DNA of 32,000 bases from Candidatus Electrothrix sp. GW3-4. Its GTDB lineage: Bacteria; Desulfobacterota; Desulfobulbia; Desulfobulbales; Desulfobulbaceae. Positions 1-8,200 of this stretch are shown piece after piece. Made by a program: the position numbers and the translations under genes. The stretch covers positions 30,001 to 62,000 of the forward strand of contig NZ_CP147990.1 in the NCBI RefSeq assembly GCF_037902255.1, read 5' to 3'. Numbering within the stretch: the first letter of the stretch is position 1; each line of letters opens with the position of its first letter. Below the pieces are notes generated by a model, which worked only from the letters and a program-made list of their open reading frames with translations, was not told the DNA's origin and did not search any database.

Positions 1-273
1 TTGTCTGGTTTGTTGAAAAAACTCCCTGCAGCCTTTCAGGAACATCCAGATATTCATTCCCTTATGCTGAAGCAGGAGGCTACGATGCGTCCGATCTTTT
101 CCGCCCCGCCAATGCTCCGTTCCAGTTGGGACCGCATTGCCCAGGCCGTCGAGCAAAGAAAGGCGATCGTCCCTCCAGGAGCCTTGACAGCTCAGATTGC
201 TGGCGGCTTACTTGCCTCGTCTCTTTGGCTTGTCCATCGGCTGGACAGCCTGGAAGTGGAGAGAAGGCAGTAG
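1..273 (+). CDS. C-terminal fragment of a hypothetical protein (5' end outside window)
   Basis: Frame is open from the window edge to TAG at 271-273. I recognise no motif. Confidence 0.3.
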   Translation: MSGLLKKLPAAFQEHPDIHSLMLKQEATMRPIFSAPPMLRSSWDRIAQAVEQRKAIVPPGALTAQIAGGLLASSLWLVHRLDSLEVERRQ

Positions 274-420
274 GCTGGCTGATCAGGGAAGAGCAAACTT
301 ACCAAGCCCTGGGGAGATGCTCAGCTGATTGTGGCATACTTTAAAAATACGTTACGTTAGATTGCTTCCCGCCCCTTGGGGGTGAGAGAGCCCATTCGCA
401 AATGTTAGGAGGAGAGAACC

Positions 421-1890
421 ATGTCTGAGGAACAGGGGAAAGAAATCAATACAGGCATACAGGCATTCTATGAGAATCCTGTGGAATTCATGAACCGTAT
501 TCCACCTAAATATGACGGGGATAAACTGGATTCTTCAGGCACAAGTGTCTTTGACCAAGTAGGTATTGAACAGAACGCCCATGTGGAGGCCCGTGATGCC
601 TTGCGCCAGCAGGTCACAGAACGGGATGAGATCGCTGTGGGGCGGGCTGCTTTTGCTGATAATGATGAGGCAGACGGCTTTGTTGACGAATTCCGTTTCT
701 CAGGCGTGCAGAGCATGGAAGATAATGGGCTTATGCATGCCAGCCTGGGAGAGTCTCCTTGGTCTGATGATTACTGGGCCCTGTATCTCGGTTCTCTTGG
801 ACATCGCTACGCAGATCCTGATTTTCCGGCTTCTGCTAATTGGAAAGAGAACTTTGATTATATTCAAAGGCATCCGGCGGGTCAGATCGTAGCGCAAGGG
901 AATGCGGATGCGATCAATCGTCTTTCCCCGGCAGAAAAATACGATATCCTGGTCGGTGACAGCGATTATTCGTTGACCCGGAAGATGTGGGAGCAGGGAA
1001 AAAAGTATTATGTCCAGAGCGGACAGGTAGAGACCTGGATGGGCCTCTGTCATGGCTGGTCACCGGCTTCCTATATGCTCCCCCGCCCAACCGGGACTGC
1101 CACGGTTCTTGCTGCTGACGGAAGTACTTATCTCACCTTTTATCCGGCGGATGTCAAGGCATTGGCCACGTTGCTCTGGGCAAAGGTAAAGTATCGTTCC
1201 CGCTTTATCGGCGGGCGTTGTAATGACAAGAACCCGGCTAAAGACCCACAGACCGGTCGGATTCTTTCGCAGATCTGTTTTGATACGAATCCGGGAACCT
1301 GGCATCTGGCGATCGTGAACCAGATTGGAGCCTCCTGTCGGAGTATGGTGATGGATGCGACCTACGACTATCAGGTTTGGAATCAACCCGTCCTCTCTTA
1401 TAGTTATCGTTATTTTAACCCGAAAAGCATGTATTATGCTGATTCGTTGACTGAGGCCAAGGTTGCTGCTAGTGATTTTACCAATGATAAATTTGTCCAG
1501 TTTCGCAGCAATGACACAGAGAGTTTGGTCGGGATTGAGATGAAGGTCTCGTATATTGTTGAAAAAGTACCAGAGCACGCAGAGACGGATACTGCTGCCG
1601 ATGACCAGGTGAAGACGGTTGTGTATCTCTATGATCTCGAACTTGATTTTGCTGGAAATATTATCGGGGGAGAGTGGTATCAGAATGCGCATCCAGACTT
1701 CCTCTGGACCCCGGTCCAGGGCGAACGGATTATGACAGCAGCAGAACGGCATATCCCTCTGACTGATAACTGGCAGAGCGGCCAGCCTTTGGCGCAGCAG
1801 TGGCAACAGAGCGCCGCAATGGCTGCAGAGTATGAGGAGGCCCCGTTGGCTGTGATTGTGGAACAGTTGATTGCCTTTTCAAATAGTTGA
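421..1890 (+). CDS. Papain-fold / transglutaminase-elicitor-like protein (putative Cys enzyme), cytoplasmic
   Basis: 489-aa ORF with an AGGAGG RBS about 7 nt upstream of ATG 421. The motif WMGLCHGWSPASYM resembles the catalytic-Cys region of TGase-elicitor-like proteins (recollection, unverified). No N-terminal signal peptide. A strong terminator lies downstream. Confidence 0.6.
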   Translation: MSEEQGKEINTGIQAFYENPVEFMNRIPPKYDGDKLDSSGTSVFDQVGIEQNAHVEARDALRQQVTERDEIAVGRAAFADNDEADGFVDEFRFSGVQSMEDNGLMHASLGESPWSDDYWALYLGSLGHRYADPDFPASANWKENFDYIQRHPAGQIVAQGNADAINRLSPAEKYDILVGDSDYSLTRKMWEQGKKYYVQSGQVETWMGLCHGWSPASYMLPRPTGTATVLAADGSTYLTFYPADVKALATLLWAKVKYRSRFIGGRCNDKNPAKDPQTGRILSQICFDTNPGTWHLAIVNQIGASCRSMVMDATYDYQVWNQPVLSYSYRYFNPKSMYYADSLTEAKVAASDFTNDKFVQFRSNDTESLVGIEMKVSYIVEKVPEHAETDTAADDQVKTVVYLYDLELDFAGNIIGGEWYQNAHPDFLWTPVQGERIMTAAERHIPLTDNWQSGQPLAQQWQQSAAMAAEYEEAPLAVIVEQLIAFSNS

Positions 1891-1994
1891 TGATCTAGTA
1901 AAAAGTCAAAGAACGGCAAGTCGTTAACGTAAACTCAGTGAGTTGTAATACGATTTTTTGCAAAATTGAACTTTTTACGAAACCATCAATAGAT

Positions 1995-2025
1995 ACCCCG
2001 TCCCTTGGGGCGGGGTTATTTTTTT
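1995..2025 (+). terminator. Rho-independent terminator of the 421-1890 gene
   Basis: ACCCCGTCCC-TT-GGGGCGGGGT gives a roughly 10-bp GC stem with one G-U pair, followed by TATTTTTTT. Confidence 0.7.
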
Positions 2026-2115
2026 GGGAGGCAGCTTTCTCGAGATGAAGGAAGATTGGCTTTCTGCGGAGCTGGTAGATAGAAAAAACTGAAAAGGATT
2101 GAATTTGGCAAATCT

Positions 2116-2790
2116 GTGAGCACCTCTGATTTTTTATACAAAGCATCTCTTGCCGTGGTCCCTCGGCTGTATGTCTCTCTGACAGCGCTTTGGTTCGGGA
2201 CTTGCCCTGTCCAGATCCGGGGGCAGGAGAACCTGGACAAGGTCTTGGAACAAGGAGCAGCCGTGGTGCCGTTCTGGCATTATTCTGTCTTTTACATGCT
2301 CTACCATCTGCGCCAATATCCCGGCGTGGCTATGGTCAGCGCGAGTAAAGATGGCGAGTACATTGCCCGGGTGGCGGGACTTCTCGGTTTTGAGACCGTG
2401 CGTGGTTCTGCCAATCGTTTTGGCGTCAGGGCCTTGAAGGGCATGGTGGATCATGTCAAGCAGGGCAAGAATGCCGGGATCGTGGCAGACGGCTCTCAAG
2501 GTCCAGCCCTGAAGATGCAGCCTGGCGCCATCATGCTGGCTGCAAAGTCTGGTTCGCCCATTATGCCCGTTGTTTGGGCGACAAAACGCTATAAGGCCTT
2601 CAATTCCTGGGACCACTCGGTCATACCCAAGCCTTTCAGTCCTCTTATTCTCCAATACGGTGACCTGATCTATGTAGAGCCCAAATTGACCTCTGTGCGG
2701 GTGGAGGAGTATCGGCAGCAGGTGGAAACGGCCATGTATCGCATGTATCAGGACCTGTGGCAGGAGTTCGGTCGGGACGGGCATGTGTAA
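2116..2790 (+). CDS. DUF374 / lysophospholipid acyltransferase-like family protein
   Basis: 224-aa ORF with a GTG start. The core VSASKDGEYIARVAGLLGFETVRGSANRFG...GIVADGSQGPALKMQPGAIMLAAKSGSPIMPV matches the conserved DUF374 pattern as I recall it. Confidence 0.75.
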   Translation: MSTSDFLYKASLAVVPRLYVSLTALWFGTCPVQIRGQENLDKVLEQGAAVVPFWHYSVFYMLYHLRQYPGVAMVSASKDGEYIARVAGLLGFETVRGSANRFGVRALKGMVDHVKQGKNAGIVADGSQGPALKMQPGAIMLAAKSGSPIMPVVWATKRYKAFNSWDHSVIPKPFSPLILQYGDLIYVEPKLTSVRVEEYRQQVETAMYRMYQDLWQEFGRDGHV

Positions 2791-2982
2791 TCCGGCGCGA
2801 GCACGGTGCAGGGGGAACGTTTGCACGCATTGATCTACTGAGGACTCGTGTCGCGGATAGGGCCGAGTTTTTACTTGCTGTACGACCCCTCCTGTTTTTT
2901 CGAGGAGATGTCTCGCAGCGTATTGATACGCTGTCACAGGCAGAAAAAAGTTCAATAGCCCTTTGATGCACCTGGTCATTCA

Positions 2983-3264
2983 TCAAGATTCATCAAGCCA
3001 GAGCTGGATATTATAGCATTCTGGTATGTTGACAGACCTGATAAGGCAGATGACGTCCACATCCTGACCATCCAGGCCGATCGGCGAGGAGGCGTTGACA
3101 ATAAAGGTGGAGGGATGGGCGTATTCATCGACAGGGGGGACTGTGACGAAGGTGCGATAAAATCCTTGTTTCTCGTTCAGCTTGATGTGTTTGACGTCTG
3201 TTACGCACCCTTTGATCCTTGTTTTCAGAAAAAAATCAGAAGGGACAGTCTTTGTTACTGACAT
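2983..3264 (-). CDS. Small hypothetical protein (93 aa), divergent from the CI-type regulator
   Basis: GGAG RBS 8 nt upstream of the ATG. The locus is AT-rich. No family recognised; the mostly beta-strand-like pattern (FYRTFVTVPPVDEYAHPSTFIVNASSPIGLDGQDVDVICLI) could be OB-like, but that is a guess. Confidence 0.5.
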   Translation of the reverse strand: MSVTKTVPSDFFLKTRIKGCVTDVKHIKLNEKQGFYRTFVTVPPVDEYAHPSTFIVNASSPIGLDGQDVDVICLIRSVNIPECYNIQLWLDES

Positions 3265-3443
3265 ATTTTTTCTCCTAGAAATATTTTTTTCTGTATTTTG
3301 TTGGAGATACAGAGCTATATTTTAGGTGAGCAGGTTGTAAGGAAAATACCCGTCCACTTATGTTGTCCAGTTTGAAAAGTTGATTGTTGATGTACTATAT
3401 TTAAAAATAAATATCATATTTTCTATATTCCGAAAAGATAGAC

Positions 3444-3938
3444 ATGTCAATAAGGAAAAATATAAAAAAATATAAAAATAATTTCCTGGCTGCATGGGGG
3501 CGTATAAAGAAAGAGACGAGTATAAGCAATTTTAATAGGTTGGCTGAAGTGATTGGCAAGACGCAACCGAGTATATCTGCTCGAAAAAAAGCAGGAGATT
3601 TTCCTATTGAATGGGCGTACTTGGTCGCTAAGGAATATAATCTTTCCACAGAGTGGATCCTCACAGGAGAGGGTGAGAAATCACCAGTAATACGGAAAGA
3701 ACAAGAGGCGTATCAGTCTTCAGCTGTTGAGGGGCAACAAGATAATGAGGTCGCGGAGCCGCCGGAAAAATATGAGGAAATATTGCCCAGTGAGGAAGAG
3801 CGAGAGAGGTTTTTGGTTCTCTTAAAGGCGTGGTTGTTTGAGTTGGAACAGGCTGATCCTAAAAGGATATATTGGTTTGAATGTGCCTTTGAAGATAGTT
3901 TTCCGGAATTTAAAGAGTGGAAAAAGAATATTGATTGA
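3444..3938 (+). CDS. Phage CI-repressor-type HTH transcriptional regulator
   Basis: The N-terminus FNRLAEVIGKTQPSISARKKAGDFPIEWAYLVAKEYNLSTEWILTGEG fits the Phage_CI_repr HTH pattern. The C-terminal half is acidic and has no S24 peptidase motifs. Confidence 0.7.
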   Translation: MSIRKNIKKYKNNFLAAWGRIKKETSISNFNRLAEVIGKTQPSISARKKAGDFPIEWAYLVAKEYNLSTEWILTGEGEKSPVIRKEQEAYQSSAVEGQQDNEVAEPPEKYEEILPSEEERERFLVLLKAWLFELEQADPKRIYWFECAFEDSFPEFKEWKKNID

Positions 3939-4095
3939 TCGGAAAAGTTATATTAAGGGTCTGGTATAGAAATAGTGATTAAAAAGCGCTCTGAACAGTG
4001 TCCAACCTGCGTGAAGCAGGCCGCTTTGGTATGATTTGGCATACATTCGGGTGGAGGGGCATGTACCGAAAAAAGAGACGTGTAGGGACGGTGTT

Positions 4096-5043
4096 GTGCG
4101 AGTATTGATTTATGGTGGTGGTGCGGTCGGGCTGGGGCTTGCTGCCTGCCTGCTCAAGAGAGGCGAACAGGTCGATATTCTGGCCCGGGAAAATACACGA
4201 CACGCCCTGCAAGGGAACGGGCTGCGGCAGAGCGGTATCTTGGGTGCGTACCATGCCGAGCCTCAGGCCTTTGGCTGTTTTTCCGGCATTGATGAGCTGC
4301 CGGGAACACCCTATGACCACATCCTGGTTTGTACGAAGTCCTTTGATTCACCAGCAGTGGCCCGAGACATTGCTGCCCATCCTCTCCTCTTCCATGAGCA
4401 AAGCGCGATTGTCCTGGTTCAGAACGGCTGGGGCAATGCAGAGATCTTTGCCGAGCATCTGCCCGCAAAGCGTATTTTCAATGCCCGGGTGATCACCGGG
4501 TTTTGCAGGCCGCAGGCAAATCAGGTGGAGATTACTGCCCATGTCCAGCCCATCCATATCGGGAGCCTGTTCGGGGCAGGACTTGCTCCCATAGAGGAAC
4601 TTTGTCGAACGATCAACCAAGGGGGGATCCCCTGTGCGGCTGCACCGGATATTGCCCGTGATCTCTGGGCCAAGATGCTCTTCAACTGCGCCCTGAATCC
4701 TCTGGGCGCGATTTTTAATGTGCCCTATGGTGCCCTGGCAGAACAGGAAAATTCTCGTCAGATCATGGCTGCGGTGATCCATGAGGTGTTCCTGGTGATG
4801 GAGGGGGCGGGCTACAGCACCCATTGGGCCAGTGCAGGGGAGTACCTGGAGGCCTTTTACGGGACCATCGTTCCCCTTGCAGCCAGACATCGCTCATCCA
4901 CCTTGCAGGATATCCAGGCCGGGAAAAAGACCGAGATTGATGCCTTGAGCGGGGCGGTTATTCTCTTGGGCAAGGAGTTGGGAATCGCGGTGCCGTGTAA
5001 TCGGATGCTTTATAATATGATTCGGTTTATGGAGTGGAGATGA
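4096..5043 (+). CDS. panE: 2-dehydropantoate 2-reductase (ApbA/PanE family)
   Basis: Rossmann motif VLIYGGGAVGLGLAACL. The C-terminal STLQDIQAGKKTEIDALSGAVILLGKELGIAVPCNRMLYNMI is typical of ketopantoate reductases. The ORF is open from TTG 4036, but GTG 4096 puts GxGxxG at the N-terminus as usual, so the start is uncertain. Confidence 0.85.
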   Translation: MRVLIYGGGAVGLGLAACLLKRGEQVDILARENTRHALQGNGLRQSGILGAYHAEPQAFGCFSGIDELPGTPYDHILVCTKSFDSPAVARDIAAHPLLFHEQSAIVLVQNGWGNAEIFAEHLPAKRIFNARVITGFCRPQANQVEITAHVQPIHIGSLFGAGLAPIEELCRTINQGGIPCAAAPDIARDLWAKMLFNCALNPLGAIFNVPYGALAEQENSRQIMAAVIHEVFLVMEGAGYSTHWASAGEYLEAFYGTIVPLAARHRSSTLQDIQAGKKTEIDALSGAVILLGKELGIAVPCNRMLYNMIRFMEWR

Positions 5044-5189
5044 ACGATTACCCTTTGCTTGTTTCCGAAGAAAACTGGCAAGCTGTCCAGGAAACTTTTT
5101 GTTTGTTGTTTGTTCCGGGAATGCGGGAATCCATTAGAGAAGGACTGGCGACTCCTGTTGAGGAATGTGATTCAGAGATTGAGTGGTGA
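5040..5189 (+). pseudogene. Truncated Phd/YefM-family antitoxin remnant (C-terminal half only, 49 codons)
   Basis: ATG 5040 overlaps the panE stop (ATGA). The translation is MNDYPLLVSEENWQAVQETFCLLFVPGMRESIREGLATPVEECDSEIEW. This matches the C-terminal half of YefM-type antitoxins (...VLxSEEDWxAxQETLYLLSIPGMRESIxEG...). The frame is closed by TAA at 5013-5015, so the N-terminal ~40 aa are absent. No toxin gene follows. Confidence 0.55.
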
Positions 5190-5238
5190 TGTGAAAGTTG
5201 ATTATAGCAGAAATCGTAACCTCTATTAGGTTCTTACT

Positions 5239-8200
5239 TTGACAGCAAAAGAGGTGCATGTCAACCAAACGACCGGTGGGATTCCTGCGTTACGAGGCTT
5301 CCGCAAGCAATTCCTTCATACGCTGAACAGTATTCTTTCGTCAGAAACAGGGCAGTTCTGTCCTGAAAGTTTGGAAGATTTTGCAGCTCGCGATAGTGCA
5401 GGTAAACTAACTGAAATTGTACAAGTTAAAGATTATAAAGCCAAATTAATATTTTCTGAGCTGAAAACTTTTTTTGAACGTGCTGCCGATTATATCAAAC
5501 GTTACCCGGACGTTCAGATTGTTCTGGCAAGCTACGGTGAGCTGGGGCCAGAATTACAGAAGTATATAGGTGCTGATGAAGCAGTCCTGAAAAAAAGCAA
5601 GAAATTCAACACACCGGAACTGCTGAAGGTCTTTCAGCGTCTCAAGCATCGTCCTCTCAATGAAGAGAAAGAACTCAGCTCTATCAAAGAACAGCTTACG
5701 CAGTTTCCTTTAACAACTGGTGATCTGGAAACGACCTTTGATCTGCTGATGCAGGAGCTTTACCGTGGTGCGGAACAGGAAAAGGGCTATACCCGGCAGG
5801 ATTTGCTGGAACGCTTGCAGAAGATCGGTCAATATCTTGCCGCTCGTGGAGCACTTCACAGGGAATGGGGTACCTCCATCATCCCGTTACTGGATCAGGA
5901 AATTGATGACAGGGAACAACTGCGCAAAGCGTTTCATGAAGGTGTGTCGGTTGGCTGGCGGCATATCCTGTCTGATCTGGATGTTAAACGCCAGCAGCAC
6001 TTAAACACCATTCAAGAAGGGTTCAAAAAAACAAATATTGTCATTGTACATGGCGCATCTGGGCAGGGAAAATCTGCTCTGGCCTATCGATATCTGCACG
6101 ATTACTGTCCTGCCTCATCCCGTTATGAAATACGGGATTTAAGTACATCGAAAAGAGCTTTGGAAGTTGCTGCCGCTCTTGCCGGGTATGGTATTCCCGT
6201 AACCTTCTATGTTGATGCCAGCCATAATGACAAAGGACTTGCTGAATTTTTACGGAGCATCAGTGAAATGAAGCATATTAGCTGTCTTGTCTCCATTCGG
6301 GAGGAAGACTGGCGGCTGACCGACATAACTTCGGCTGACATCATATTTGCAGATGTGGAGCTTGTTTTTAATCGTGAAGAGGCGCAGGCACTTTATGCGG
6401 CATGGGAAGATGAGAGAGGCAGTCGTTTCCCTGATTTTGAACAGGCTTGGGCAAAATTTTTAGAAGATGGGCCGTTACTCGAATTTGTTCATTTGCTGAC
6501 GCACACAGAGAATTTACGTCACCGTTTGCAAAAGCAATATGATCAGATTGCCGATGAGGTTGATTGCCAACAAAGGTCGGAAAACGATCTGAAGTTAATC
6601 AGACAAGTTGCGGTGGCCGGAGCTTGCGGTGCCCGTATTGATTTAGCCAAGTTAGCTAAACTGCCCGGCAACACAACACTGAAACGGTCAATTGACCTTT
6701 TAGAAAAAGAATATTTGCTGCGACTTAGCGGCGATTCCCGCCATTTAACAGGATTACATCCTGTCCGTTCTGAAATCCTCGCCTCCATTATTGCAGACCC
6801 TGTTCTGTGCCCTTGGGAAACATTGGCCTTGGATTGCCTGCCCTTGCTGGAGGATGCAGATATAGAAATATTCCTTCTCCATATCTTTCGTTTCCACTCA
6901 AAGGCCACGAGTGCCGTTCTTGCATATTTGAACACGGCAAAATACGAGACTTGGCTTGCGGCAAATGGTGTATTGCGTGCCCTGCTATGGCTGGGGATAT
7001 ATGAATACATTCAGAATAATGCCAAACTGATCAAGCAAGTTTATGATAAGGTCGGTCATGGTTGGTTTGCTGTTTTAGATTTTGTGGACTTTGTTGGAGT
7101 GCTGGATAAACCATTAGGCATTCTGGATTCTATTGAGGAAGGAAGGAAACAGACAGAACAATGGCAAAGAGAGCAACTGCCTAAATCGCAAGTATTCACA
7201 AGAATTGATGAATGGCTGCAACAGGTCATGCTTCCGTCAATTCCTGATTATGGAAAAGAGAATGACTGGAATGAATTTGGACAGGTTACTTATTGGACGG
7301 GATTCAGGAAAATCAACAAACGGATAGAGAAACTTATAGATTGGAATGCACTTTGTCAAACTGTAGAAACGTTACCTATAGAAACGACAGCGGTTTTGCT
7401 TTATGGTTTATGGCAGGCTCTTTCAAATACGGATGCTTTTATTCAATGGTACGAAGGTATTCGTCCAACTTTGCTTGATCGTTATCGTAAGGAAACTAAC
7501 ACGCCATATATTGAAGAACAAGATGGAATTATTCGAGCGTATTTCATTGCTCCTTTAGATGATGAAAAGAGAGAGGAAGAAGCTGCTCAAGAACATTCTG
7601 TTGTTTATTTACATGATGATACAGGAGATTCAAGTTCTGATGAAACGGAACCTTTTCATGCGTTGGCAATGCACCATGTCGATCTTTTGGCGCAATTAGT
7701 TCCAGATTGCGCAGGATATGGTTGTCAAGGGTACGGACATCAAGTTCTTGACATTGAATATCCTTATGATGAAACAACGAAAACAAATATTTCAGCAAGT
7801 TACCTGAAGCCAAGCTGGGTGGTGTATGTCAATAATACTGCCCGCATCTTGGGCAGCCACAGGTTTAGACCTGCAACATGGCAGGATTACAGTAACCAGA
7901 TGTTTGCTGTACGGAATGATGTGGTTTCAACTCTTGATGAACTCCACAGGCATTTAGTAAAACATTTTCGCCGCAAGGATGTCGTTCAAGAACTCAGCAA
8001 ATTATCAGATACTGAAGAATGGAAAAAAACGGCTCGGCAAGTAATGAATCGACCATCTTTTCCCGTGGAATCGCTGGATCAATTCGGATATACAGAGGAA
8101 AGGCTGAAGGATATTTCGACAGCCAAAGATCACGAAAGCAGAAAAACAGAAACTATCATTTCTGCATACCTACAGCAGTATCAGCCATACCTCAAAGCAA

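Noticed and set aside
1060-1806. 248-aa minus-strand ORF
   Set aside because: It lies antisense to the 421-1890 gene, which has the RBS, the terminator and the enzyme-like motif.
2134-2979. 281-aa minus-strand ORF
   Set aside because: It lies antisense to the DUF374 gene, whose translation carries the recognisable family core. The minus-strand product is Arg/His/Pro-rich shadow sequence.
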